Position numbers and translations under genes: made by a program
Assembly: GCA_965228875.1 (NCBI GenBank)
Contig: OZ245843.1
Span: 4,260,616 to 4,324,615 of the forward strand
DNA from: Thalassobaculaceae bacterium
GTDB taxonomy: Bacteria > Pseudomonadota > Alphaproteobacteria > Thalassobaculales > Thalassobaculaceae
Direction of reading: 5' to 3'
Length of the DNA: 64,000 bases
The notes under the pieces: model-generated
Database searches by the model: none
Told to the model about the DNA's origin: nothing
Seen by the model: only the letters and a program-made list of their open reading frames with translations
Shown here: in pieces, positions 8,026 through 19,691 of the stretch
Position numbering within the stretch: the first letter of the stretch is position 1
How the letters are laid out: each line of letters starts with the position of its first letter

Positions 8026-9819
8026 TCAGAGCCCGTCGTTGAAGTCGTCGAGCAGGACGGCGATCCGCCCCTCGTCGACCTGATCCATGATCGCCCGCGC
8101 CCGCTGGGTCGCCGGACCGAAGGACAGACGGCGGATGCGCTGCTTCACCCGGGGCAGGGCGGTCGCCGACATCGACAGCTCTTTGACCCCGAGGCCGACC
8201 AGCAGTGGCGCGTAACGCGGGTCGCCGGCGATCTCGCCGCAGATGCTGACCGGCAGGCCGCGCCGGTTGGCCGCCTCCACGGTGAACTGGATCAGCCTCA
8301 GGATCGCCGGGTGGAGCGGGTTGTAGAGATCGGCCACCTGCTCGTCGCCGCGGTCGATGGCGAGCGTGTACATGGTCAGGTCGTTGGTTCCGAGCGCCAG
8401 GAAATCGCACTCCATCGCCAGCGCGTCGGCGGCAAGCGCGGCTGCCGGCACCTCGATCATCGCGCCGAGCGGCGGTACCGGGTCGGCGATCCGCACCTTG
8501 CGGCGCTTCAGCCGGCGGACGACCTTGTTCAGGATCGTGCGCACCGCCCGGACCTGGGACGTCGAGGAGATCATCGGCAGCAGGATGCGGACCGGGCCGT
8601 GGGCGCCCGCGCGCAGGATCGCCGCGAGCTGGGTCTCCAGCAGCTTCGGCTCGCGCAGCGACAGGCGGATGGCGCGCAGGCCGAGCGCCGGATTGGCGCT
8701 GTCGGCGATGCGGTCGCCCAGCGCGGTCGCCAGTTTCTCGCCGCCGACGTCGAGGGTGCGGACGGTCACGGGCTTGCCCGCCATGCCATCGACCACCTGG
8801 CGCAGGGCGGCATATTGCTCGTCCTCGTCGGGCAGCACGTCGCGGTTCATGAACATGAACTCGGTGCGGAACAGGCCGACCCCCTCGGCCCCGCGGTCGG
8901 TGGCGATCTCCAGGTCGCGCGGCAGTTCGAGGTTGGCCATCAGCGCGATGGGCACGCCGTCCAGGGTCACCGCCGGCAGGGCGCGCAGGCGCGTCAGTTC
9001 GCGCTCGAGCCTTTCCCGCGCCGCCGCACGGCGCCGGTAATCGGCCAGCGCCTCCTCGTCGGGGTCGAGCACGATGCGTCCGGTGTCGCCGTCGACGACG
9101 ATGGTCTCGCCCGAGCGGATCGCGGACGGCGCGGCGGTGGCGCCGAGCACCGCCGGCAGGCCCATGGAGCGGGCCATGATCGCCGTGTGACTGTCGGTGC
9201 CGCCGAGCGCGGTCACGATCCCGCCGATCCGCGTCGGGTCGAGCAGGGCGGTGTCGGCCGGGCTCAGTTCCTCGGCGACGACGATGGCGCCTTCCGGCAC
9301 ATGGGAGAACGCCTGGTAGGGTGTCTCGGTGAGCTGGCGCAGGATGCGGTCGCCGACCTCCCTCACGTCCTGGCCGCGGGCCGACAGGTAGGCGTCGTTG
9401 ACGGCGGCCAGGCCCCGCACGATGTCGCCGACCACGCTCTGCACCGCCGCCTCGGCGTTGATGCGACGGTCGCGGATCATCCGGGTGACGCCGCCGGCGA
9501 GGCGCGACGATCCCAGCATCGCGGCATGGGCGTCGAGCAGTGGACCGAGTTCGTCCAGCACGCCGGCGGGCAGGGCCTCGGCCTTGCGCTGCAGCTTGCG
9601 CACCTGTTTGTCGGCGCGGGCACGGGCGGCCTCGAAACGGGCCAGTTCGGCGTCGATCCGCGACGACGGTACGGTGTATTCGGGGACCTGGATTGCCCCC
9701 GCGTCGACGACGTGGGCCGGCCCGATCGAGATCCCGGCGGACACCCCGATCCCCTCCAGCAGCCCCCGCTTTCCGCCCTTCTCCTGGCGCTTGCGGGACG
9801 TGCGGCTAGCTGTCTTCAT
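8026..9819 (-). CDS. ptsI: PTS enzyme I (PEP-protein phosphotransferase), no GAF domain
   Basis: GGTDSHTAIMARS phospho-His motif, GVGLFRTEF, RTLDVGGEK, NPALGLRAIR, LGTNDLTMY, SICGE. Confidence 0.95.
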   Translation of the reverse strand: MKTASRTSRKRQEKGGKRGLLEGIGVSAGISIGPAHVVDAGAIQVPEYTVPSSRIDAELARFEAARARADKQVRKLQRKAEALPAGVLDELGPLLDAHAAMLGSSRLAGGVTRMIRDRRINAEAAVQSVVGDIVRGLAAVNDAYLSARGQDVREVGDRILRQLTETPYQAFSHVPEGAIVVAEELSPADTALLDPTRIGGIVTALGGTDSHTAIMARSMGLPAVLGATAAPSAIRSGETIVVDGDTGRIVLDPDEEALADYRRRAAARERLERELTRLRALPAVTLDGVPIALMANLELPRDLEIATDRGAEGVGLFRTEFMFMNRDVLPDEDEQYAALRQVVDGMAGKPVTVRTLDVGGEKLATALGDRIADSANPALGLRAIRLSLREPKLLETQLAAILRAGAHGPVRILLPMISSTSQVRAVRTILNKVVRRLKRRKVRIADPVPPLGAMIEVPAAALAADALAMECDFLALGTNDLTMYTLAIDRGDEQVADLYNPLHPAILRLIQFTVEAANRRGLPVSICGEIAGDPRYAPLLVGLGVKELSMSATALPRVKQRIRRLSFGPATQRARAIMDQVDEGRIAVLLDDFNDGL

Positions 9820-10081
9820 CGAACTTGGACTCCACCAGATGGGCGATGGCGTCGACCGCCGCCTGGGCATCGGCGCCGCTGGCCCGCACCTGGATCGAGC
9901 AGCCCGGCGCGGCGGCCAGCATCATCAGCCCCATGATCGAGCGGCCGGAGACCGCCTGGCCGTCCTTCTCCACCTCGATCTCGGCCTTGAAGGACCCGGC
10001 GCACTTGACGAATTTCGCCGCGGCGCGGGCATGCAGGCCGCGCTTGTTGGTGATCAGGAGCTTGCGTTCCAGGGTCGACAT
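9806..10081 (-). CDS. ptsH: HPr/NPr phosphocarrier
   Basis: NKRGLHARAAAKFV (His15) and RSIMGLMML (Ser46) motifs; alternative GTG start at 10096. Confidence 0.95.
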   Translation of the reverse strand: MSTLERKLLITNKRGLHARAAAKFVKCAGSFKAEIEVEKDGQAVSGRSIMGLMMLAAAPGCSIQVRASGADAQAAVDAIAHLVESKFDEDS

Positions 10082-10092
10082 CGCGGCCGGCC

Positions 10093-10500
10093 TCACGCTC
10101 CGGTGGCGCCCAGCACCTCGGAGGCGATCGAGATGTATTTGCGACCGGCGTCGCGGGCCGCCTCGCTCGCCTGTTTCAGGGTCGCTTCGCTGCGCACACT
10201 GGCGAGCTTGATGAGCATCGGCAGGTTGACCCCGGCGATCACCTCGACCCCCGATTGGTCGATGATCGATATCGCCAGATTGGAGGGGGTGCCGCCGAAC
10301 ATGTCGGTCAGGACGATGACGCCGTCGCCGCCGTCCATCTCCCGGGCCCGGTCCATGATCTCGCTGCGGCGCTGCTCCATGTCGTCGTCCGGGCCGATGC
10401 AGACCGTCGCCAGCGCCGTCTGCGGCCCGACCACATGTTCCATCACCGCCCTGAGTTCGTCCGCGAGGCGCCCGTGGGTCACCAGAACAATGCCGATCAC
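10093..10500 (-). CDS. manX: PTS mannose-family EIIA
   Basis: [31 protein letters not shown] overlap with the rapZ stop. Confidence 0.93.
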   Translation of the reverse strand: MIGIVLVTHGRLADELRAVMEHVVGPQTALATVCIGPDDDMEQRRSEIMDRAREMDGGDGVIVLTDMFGGTPSNLAISIIDQSGVEVIAGVNLPMLIKLASVRSEATLKQASEAARDAGRKYISIASEVLGATGA

Positions 10501-11402
10501 GATGGTATCCGTGCTTTTTCGTTCATACCGACCGCGCCCCCCGGCTCGCGGGGCAGATCGCGATGGCGGAGCGTGACAGGAGTCCCGGCACTCTTCAACC
10601 ACCCGGCCAGCCGTTCGGCAACGTGGACCGAGCGATGCTTTCCCCCGGTGCAGCCGATGGCGACGGTGAGGTAGCTCTTGCCCTCGCGCTCGTAGCGCGG
10701 AAGCAGCGGGCCGAGCAGTCCGGTCAAGGTGTCGAAGAACGCCGCGAAGGCGGGGTCGCCGGCGACGAACGCGCCGACTTCCGGGTCGCGGCCGTCGCGC
10801 GGACGCAGGGCCTCGACGTAGTGCGGATTGGCGAGAAAGCGGACGTCGAAGACCAGGTCCGACTCCCGAGGCAGGCCGTTGCGGAAGGCGAAGGAGACTA
10901 CGGTGACCGTCATCGCCCGCTGCCGGTCGAGCGACAGCGCCGAGATCAGACGCTCGCGGAACTCGCCGAGGCTGGAGGAACTGGTGTCGATCGCCGCCGT
11001 CGCCAGGTCGCGCACGGGCTCCAGCATCCGGCGCTCTATGGCGATGCCGTCGGCGACCGGGCGGTCCGTCGCAAGCGGGTGGCGGCGTCGGGTCTCGGTG
11101 AACCGGCGGATCAGCACGTCGTCGTCGCAGTCGAGGAAGACCACGCGCAGATCGATGTCTCCGCGCGCCTTCAGAGTGGCGATGGTGACGGCGAGCGGTT
11201 CGGAGGCGAAGCCGCGGGTGCGCGGATCGACGCCGACGGCGATCCGGCCCGGCGCGTCGCGCGGCGCCAGGAGCGCCGGCAGCAGGCCGAGCGGCAGGTT
11301 GTCCACCGCCTCGTAGCCGAGATCCTCGAGAACCTTGAGGGTTGAGGTGCGCCCGGCGCCGCTCAGGCCGGTGACGAGGATGACGGAAAGCGGTGCCGTC
11401 AT
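10497..11402 (-). CDS. rapZ: RNase adapter / P-loop protein RapZ
   Basis: [42 protein letters not shown]. Confidence 0.95.
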   Translation of the reverse strand: MTAPLSVILVTGLSGAGRTSTLKVLEDLGYEAVDNLPLGLLPALLAPRDAPGRIAVGVDPRTRGFASEPLAVTIATLKARGDIDLRVVFLDCDDDVLIRRFTETRRRHPLATDRPVADGIAIERRMLEPVRDLATAAIDTSSSSLGEFRERLISALSLDRQRAMTVTVVSFAFRNGLPRESDLVFDVRFLANPHYVEALRPRDGRDPEVGAFVAGDPAFAAFFDTLTGLLGPLLPRYEREGKSYLTVAIGCTGGKHRSVHVAERLAGWLKSAGTPVTLRHRDLPREPGGAVGMNEKARIPS

Positions 11403-11818
11403 GGGGTGGATACCTGGCGGACCGCGATCCGGATCTTGGCCGCCGCCGAGGCTTCCAGGGCATGGAGGGAGATCAACGGCACCGAAACGCCGAGATGGCT
11501 CCAGCGGCCGGGATCGGGCATGCGGGGAACCTGCTCCGCCGGTACCAGGTCGACGACCAGGATCAGCGACACGCGCTGCACGGCCGGTACCGCGACGATT
11601 CCGATGCCGCGCACCTCGAGCTTGCCGGCAAGCATCTCCGGGGCCCGTGCGATCAGGCTGTCGCCCTCGCGCGAGATCTCCGCCCGGTCGTCGGCGACCA
11701 GGCTGGCGCCGCTGTCGATCAGGCGGAGCGCCAGGTCCGATTTGCCACTGGCCGACGGTCCGCGCAACAGCACGCCGCGCCCGTCAATCGACACTACGCT
11801 CCCCCAGATCGTCTCCAT
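11399..11818 (-). CDS. hprK: short alphaproteobacterial HPr kinase/phosphorylase
   Basis: [34 protein letters not shown] overlap with rapZ. Confidence 0.9.
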   Translation of the reverse strand: METIWGSVVSIDGRGVLLRGPSASGKSDLALRLIDSGASLVADDRAEISREGDSLIARAPEMLAGKLEVRGIGIVAVPAVQRVSLILVVDLVPAEQVPRMPDPGRWSHLGVSVPLISLHALEASAAAKIRIAVRQVSTP

Positions 11819-12111
11819 GGCGCGAGAATGGGTGCGGCGGGGCGGCAGGGCAATCCCCGATCGGGCTCGTCGTCGCGAGGATGCCCCGTCAGCCTGGCAG
11901 ATGGCGGCCGCGGTCCCGCCACGGGACGTCCGTTCCCTTGGCGTCGGCGGATGGCGACACTATATCGGCGGAAACGAAGACGGGCGCGATCCCGCATATA
12001 GCCGACCGGGCCGAGGCGCACCTCGGACGGCCGCGCAGTCTGGAGACTTCTTTCAGTCGCAAGACTCCGCCGCCATTGGCTGCAGCCATCAAATCGAGGA
12101 GAGACATCCAC

Positions 12112-14796
<2,685 letters not shown>

Positions 14797-14825
14797 TCGC
14801 GGCGAAGCGACCGCGGACCTGACGA

Positions 14826-14870
14826 CGGGCGCTCCCTCGGGAGCGCCCGCTCTCGGTCTCCCGAGCGGGC
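14826..14870. terminator. overlapping GC hairpins between convergent acnA and mipA-like genes
   Basis: cgggcgctccc / gggagcgcccg inverted repeat (14826-14849) plus a second imperfect one to 14870. Confidence 0.55.
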
Positions 14871-14871
14871 A

Positions 14872-15690
14872 TCAGAAGGTATAGGTAAGGAACACGCCGC
14901 CGGTCCCCTGGGTGGCGGAGCCGCGCTCGTCGACAATCGGGTTGTCGGCGAAGTCGCCGAGCAGTCGAGATACGCCGAGGAATGCCCCCAGACCGACCGA
15001 CCGGGTGACCGCATAGCGCCCGGCGACCCGCAGCCCGACGTCACGCACGCCACTGCCCGCCGCATAGGTCGACAGGCCGCTGGCCGAGGCTCCCGCCGCG
15101 GTCACCGAGAAATAGGTCTCGGCATAGTCGGAGTCGGCGTAGGTCGCGGACGCGCCGATCGACAGCGACAGCCGGTCGCTCGCCTGACGGGCGTATTCCA
15201 CGCCGATGGTGGCGGTCGTCCCGTCATCGCCGTTCAGCGCCTGAACCGCCTCAAGCGACAGACCGAGGGAGTCGCGGTCATTGAGGATCCCGGGTGCGGA
15301 GAACCCGGCAAACAGCCCGATCCAGAACGAGTCGTCGATCTCCGGCAGCCGATCGACAACGGCGTCCTCCACGTCGGACCGGCCGCCGCCGTAGCGCAGG
15401 ATCGGGCCGAACTCGAACAGGTCGTGGGCCATGATGTTGGCGCGCACCCCGGGGCCGTCGGTCTCCAGATAGAACGTGTCCTTCTGCACGCGCAGCACGG
15501 GAAACGGCAGCGGCGCGTACTCGTCGGAACCGGTGTAGTCGGGCGTGTAGACGGCCCCTGCGCCGAGCGTGAAGGACCAGCCGTCGGCGGGAGGCGGGCC
15601 GTCGGCCCGAACCGGTCCGGCGAGCAGTGTCGTCGTCAGGGCGATGAGCGCGGCGGCTGCCGTCGCCGGTCTGCGTGCGGTCACGGGCAT
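14872..15690 (-). CDS. MipA/OmpV family outer-membrane protein
   Basis: Signal peptide, LGAGAVYTPDYTGSDEY, YAETYFSVT, terminal aromatic TYTF; GGAGGAG RBS. Confidence 0.88.
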   Translation of the reverse strand: MPVTARRPATAAAALIALTTTLLAGPVRADGPPPADGWSFTLGAGAVYTPDYTGSDEYAPLPFPVLRVQKDTFYLETDGPGVRANIMAHDLFEFGPILRYGGGRSDVEDAVVDRLPEIDDSFWIGLFAGFSAPGILNDRDSLGLSLEAVQALNGDDGTTATIGVEYARQASDRLSLSIGASATYADSDYAETYFSVTAAGASASGLSTYAAGSGVRDVGLRVAGRYAVTRSVGLGAFLGVSRLLGDFADNPIVDERGSATQGTGGVFLTYTF

Positions 15691-15709
15691 GTCAGCTCCT
15701 CCGGAAGCA

Positions 15710-15773
15710 ATATTGACAATGGAAATATGCCGCGCTTCAGACGCTGTCAAACCAAAATTGACGACGGAAACAT
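15710..15773. promoter_or_regulatory. two related candidate TetR operators in the divergent promoter region
   Basis: ATTGACAATGGAAATAT (15712-15728, in the imperfect palindrome 15710-15728) and ATTGACGACGGAAACAT (15757-15773); the second overlaps TTGACG-N17-TATCTA. Confidence 0.55.
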
Positions 15774-15792
15774 TCGGGGGTTATCTAGCCCC

Positions 15793-16428
15793 ATGGCCTA
15801 TCATCACGGCAATCTGCGCGATGCGCTGGTGCAGGCGGGGGTCGACATCCTGGCCGAACAGGGGCTCGACGCGCTGACCCTGCGCGGGTGCGCCGCCCGG
15901 GCGGGGGTGTCCCACGCAGCACCCAAGAACCATTTCGACAATCTGGAAGGGTTGCGGGCCGCCATCATCGCCGAAGGCTTCCGCCGGCACCGGGCCGCCA
16001 TGCGCGCGCGGATGGCGGACGCGGCGGCCGATCCCCGGGCACAGCTCCTCGCCGCCGCCCGAGGCTATGTCGATTTCGCGCTGAACAGCCCCGACCTGTT
16101 TCGGCTGATGTTCTCGACGGCACGCTGGAACACCGGCACGGAGGAACTGAACGCGGCGGCAGACGGATCCTACGCGGTGCTGCGCGAGATCTGCGCGCCG
16201 CTGGTGCTCGACCCGGACGGGGCCGGGGCGCCGGCCAGTGTGGTCGAGACGATGGTCTGGAGCAGCATTCACGGATACGCGTCGCTGCTTGTCACCACCG
16301 GCTTCCGACGTGCGGAGAGCGCGATCGGCCGAGTGCCGGACATCAGCGAGGTGATGCCCCGACTCTGGCTGTCCGGGACGACGGGCCCGTCCGAGGGGCA
16401 CGCGACGGATCGACGGCGCCCGGAATGA
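15793..16428 (+). CDS. TetR/AcrR regulator with WHG-type C-terminus
   Basis: YHHGNLRDAL, LTLRGCAARAGVSHAAP HTH, WSSIHGYA. Confidence 0.92.
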   Translation: MAYHHGNLRDALVQAGVDILAEQGLDALTLRGCAARAGVSHAAPKNHFDNLEGLRAAIIAEGFRRHRAAMRARMADAAADPRAQLLAAARGYVDFALNSPDLFRLMFSTARWNTGTEELNAAADGSYAVLREICAPLVLDPDGAGAPASVVETMVWSSIHGYASLLVTTGFRRAESAIGRVPDISEVMPRLWLSGTTGPSEGHATDRRRPE

Positions 16429-16513
16429 TGGTAATCTTGGAGCCTGTCGGAGCGGACGCGACCCTGTGGGGCGGCTGTCCATCCGGCGCGGACCAGAAGG
16501 GCGGTGGCAGGTC

Positions 16514-17209
16514 ATGGCAACCCGTAGTCTGAAGCTCGGTCTCTTCGTTGCGGCGGCCGTTGTCGCGGTCGCAATGGCCCGGCCGGTGGCGGCGCAGTTG
16601 CGGCAGCCGGCCAGCGGTTCCCCCCAGATCGAACTGCAACAGCCCGTGCAGCGTCTTGAGGCACCCGCGCCCGGATCGTCCCTGGCCAACCCGTCCCCGG
16701 CCAGTCCACCTGTCCCCGATGGTCCCGGCGCCGCCGCGCCGCAGACCAGGGAGCGACCGGCGCCGTGGCGGCGGGCATTGTACAAGACCATCACCTTCCA
16801 GGCCGTGGCCAACGCGACCGACCTGCTGGTCTTCGAGACCCTGATCGGCGGGCACGCGCTGGTTCTCGGTGGCTTCGTCGTGGCCAACGCGGCGACGGCG
16901 GCCGGGCTCTACTACGGCTTCGAATACCTCTGGCAGAGGGATGGACCGTCGCTCGATGAGACGACGGAACTGACCATCGCCAAGAAGTCGCTGCTGTTCC
17001 AGGCGGTGAACAGCGGCCGCATTTTCCTGCTGGGCTACAGCCTGGGGGCCAGCGCCGCCGCCGCCTCGGTGCTCGCCGGCACGGTGTTCGTCACCGATAC
17101 GGCGGTCTATTTCGGCAACGAGTACGTCTGGGACATTCTGCGACCGACCGTGCCGGACATCGCCGAAGTGCCGCTCACGCGCTCTTCAGTTCCGGTGAGC
17201 ATGAACTAG
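16514..17209 (+). CDS. membrane protein with two DUF2061-like repeats, signal peptide and Pro-rich linker
   Basis: Internal repeats KTITFQAV...YYGFEYLW and KSLLFQAV...YFGNEYVW. Confidence 0.65.
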   Translation: MATRSLKLGLFVAAAVVAVAMARPVAAQLRQPASGSPQIELQQPVQRLEAPAPGSSLANPSPASPPVPDGPGAAAPQTRERPAPWRRALYKTITFQAVANATDLLVFETLIGGHALVLGGFVVANAATAAGLYYGFEYLWQRDGPSLDETTELTIAKKSLLFQAVNSGRIFLLGYSLGASAAAASVLAGTVFVTDTAVYFGNEYVWDILRPTVPDIAEVPLTRSSVPVSMN

Positions 17210-17226
17210 GGCGTACCCTCTGCGGC

Positions 17227-17985
17227 ATGATCACGCGCCGCTCCTTCGCCGTCTCCGCCGCCCTGACCGCCGTCGGTTCCGTCGCCGCCGCTTCCTGGCC
17301 GCGCCCGAGCCTTGGAGCCGGGGGGGCGGTCCGACCCGTGGTGGCGGAGCTCTTCACCAGCCAGGGCTGCAACTCCTGTCCGCCGGCCGACGCCTTCCTC
17401 GGCGTGCTGGCCGGGCGCAGCGACGTCATCGCGCTCGCCTACCACATCGACTACTGGGACCGTATCGGTTGGCCCGATCCGTTCGCCGATGCGGCTTTCA
17501 CCACGCGACAGCGCGGCTATCGCCCGCGGCTCGGCAACCACAGCATCTATACCCCGCAGATCGTCATCGACGGCGAGGAGGATGCCATCGGGTCGCGAAC
17601 GCGGCAGGTCGAGAACATGATCGCCCTGCGCCTGGACGCGAGGCCGGCGGAGCGACCGAGCGTGCCGGTGCATGCCGCGCTGGTTGGCGGCGCCCTGGAG
17701 ATCGAGATTCCGGACGCCGCCGTCACCGGCGCGGCGGAGGTCGTCATGGTCGCCTACGACGCCCGTCATGAGACCGAGGTGCGTCGGGGCGAGAACGCCG
17801 GGCGGACACTTGTCGATCACAACGTCGTGCGGGTCCTGCGCACCGTCGCCCGCTACGACGGGACCGGCGGGGCCGTCAGCGTTCCGCCCGGTCCCTGGTC
17901 CGAGCGCGACGGTGGGGTGGCGGTGCTGCTCCAGGCGACCGACCACGGTCCGATCTGGGGGGCGACGCAACTCGGCCTCGGCTGA
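17227..17985 (+). CDS. DUF1223 thioredoxin-like exported protein
   Basis: Tat-like TRRSF signal; ELFTSQGCNSCPPAD, HIDYWD, YTPQIVIDG, RGENAGR. Confidence 0.9.
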   Translation: MITRRSFAVSAALTAVGSVAAASWPRPSLGAGGAVRPVVAELFTSQGCNSCPPADAFLGVLAGRSDVIALAYHIDYWDRIGWPDPFADAAFTTRQRGYRPRLGNHSIYTPQIVIDGEEDAIGSRTRQVENMIALRLDARPAERPSVPVHAALVGGALEIEIPDAAVTGAAEVVMVAYDARHETEVRRGENAGRTLVDHNVVRVLRTVARYDGTGGAVSVPPGPWSERDGGVAVLLQATDHGPIWGATQLGLG

Positions 17986-17992
17986 TCGGCGA

Positions 17993-18775
17993 TCAGCCGC
18001 GGGCCTGAATGAAGCGCATGCGATCGTTGCGGATCTGAATCGCGGTCAGGACACCGGTGAAGAACGCGCCTGTGTCCAGGTTGATCCGGTGTTTGCGTAC
18101 CGTCGGTTCCTCGTAGGGCGATTCCGGCGTGTGGCCGTGCACCACGACGACGTCGAACGGCCAGCCGTCGCTCGGTTCCAGGAAGGCCTGGCGGATCCAG
18201 GTGACGACTTCGAGCGGCTGATTGTCGAGCGGCCGATGCGGGTCCAGGCCGGCATGCACGAACACCCAGTCGCCGATCCTGTGCATCGCCACCATGCGCT
18301 CCACCGCCTCGGTCACGATCTCCGGCATATTGCGCCGCAGGGTGTCGACGATCCGGTCCGGCCGGTCGGAGGCGGCGACGGCGAAGTCGTGCCAGGTCTC
18401 CACCGCGCCGTTGGCGGACCAGACGTGAAGCTGGTCCATGTGCAGACGCTCCTCGAGGGCTGCCTTGAGCCAGACGTCGTGATTGCCGAGCAGCAGGACG
18501 TCCTCGACCGGAACGCGGCCGTTGCAGAACATGGCCAAGCCTCCGGCGGCCAGGCCCAGCGTATCCCTCACCGCCGGACCCCGGTCGATCAGATCGCCAA
18601 GGAAGATGTTGGTCACCCGTTCGACCCCCGGACCCGACGTGTCCTCGGCCAGCGCCTCCAGCAACGCCTCCAGGAGATCGGCCCGCCCGTGAACGTCGCC
18701 GATGGCGCTGATGAGGTGGTCGGCGGCCGCCGGCTTCGGCGCGTCCATCCATTCGCCGCGGGAAATCGAGATCAT
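17993..18775 (-). CDS. metallophosphoesterase (Ser/Thr phosphatase family)
   Basis: GDVHG, GDLIDRG, GNHD, FVHAG, VHGHTP, LDTGA motifs. Confidence 0.92.
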   Translation of the reverse strand: MISISRGEWMDAPKPAAADHLISAIGDVHGRADLLEALLEALAEDTSGPGVERVTNIFLGDLIDRGPAVRDTLGLAAGGLAMFCNGRVPVEDVLLLGNHDVWLKAALEERLHMDQLHVWSANGAVETWHDFAVAASDRPDRIVDTLRRNMPEIVTEAVERMVAMHRIGDWVFVHAGLDPHRPLDNQPLEVVTWIRQAFLEPSDGWPFDVVVVHGHTPESPYEEPTVRKHRINLDTGAFFTGVLTAIQIRNDRMRFIQARG

Positions 18776-18851
18776 CGCCTAGCTGAACACGCCCGCGCCT
18801 CGGATGTGAAGCTTTGTTGAAGATCGCACAAGGTGGTTGCGCCGTCTTCGC

Positions 18852-18863
18852 TGCACTGCACAA
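18852..18863 (+). promoter_or_regulatory. candidate PhaR (AniA) binding site
   Basis: TGCACTGCACAA, a TGC-N3-GCA dyad, 56 nt upstream of the fabI ATG. Confidence 0.55.
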
Positions 18864-18919
18864 ATACTGTCGACATGGCGACGTTCGGCGTCGGTGCGGT
18901 GTCGGGAGGGGGCTGGATC

Positions 18920-19687
18920 ATGGGTTTCTCGCTGGACGGCAGGAAGGGACTGGTGGTCGGCATCGCCAATGACCAGTCGATCGCTTACGGCTGCGCGCGG
19001 GCGTTCCGCGAGGCCGGGGCCGATCTCGCCGTGACCTATCTGAACGACAAGGCCAGGCCCCATACCGAGCCGCTGAGCGCGGCACTCGGCGCCGACCTCT
19101 TCCTGCCCTGCGACGTGCGCGAGGAGGGGCAGACCGAGGCGCTGTTCTCCGCCATCCGTGAGCGCTGGGGCCGTCTCGACTTCCTGCTGCACTCGATCGC
19201 CTTCGCCCCGCGCGAGGACCTGCACGGCCGGGTGACCGACTGCTCGCGCGACGGGTTCGACATGGCGATGAACGTGTCGTGCCATTCCTTCATCCGCATG
19301 GCACGCCATGCCGAGCCGCTGATGGTCGACGGCGGCGCGCTGATGACGATGAGCTATTACGGTGCCGACAAGGTTGTCGACCGCTACAATCTGATGGGGC
19401 CGGTCAAGGCGGCGCTGGAGGCGAGCGTGCGGTATCTGGCCTCCGAGTTGGCCCCGAAGGGCATCCGGGTCTACGCCGTGTCGCCGGGGCCGCTGAAGAC
19501 CCGGGCGGCCTCGGGCATCGACCGCTTCGACGAGTTGATGGAGCAGGCGGCGGCGCGGGCGCCGCGCCACGCGCTGGTGACCATCGAACAGGTGGGCAAC
19601 GTCGCCGCCTTCCTGGTGTCGGGCGCGGCCGACGGGATGACCGGCAACACGGTCTTCGTCGACAACGGCTACAACGTGGTGGGATGA
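18920..19687 (+). CDS. fabI: enoyl-ACP/CoA reductase (NADH)
   Basis: GIANDQSIAYG, HSIAFAP, YNLMGPVKAALE, SPGPLKTRAASGI; GGAGG RBS. Confidence 0.93.
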   Translation: MGFSLDGRKGLVVGIANDQSIAYGCARAFREAGADLAVTYLNDKARPHTEPLSAALGADLFLPCDVREEGQTEALFSAIRERWGRLDFLLHSIAFAPREDLHGRVTDCSRDGFDMAMNVSCHSFIRMARHAEPLMVDGGALMTMSYYGADKVVDRYNLMGPVKAALEASVRYLASELAPKGIRVYAVSPGPLKTRAASGIDRFDELMEQAAARAPRHALVTIEQVGNVAAFLVSGAADGMTGNTVFVDNGYNVVG

Positions 19688-19691
19688 TGGC

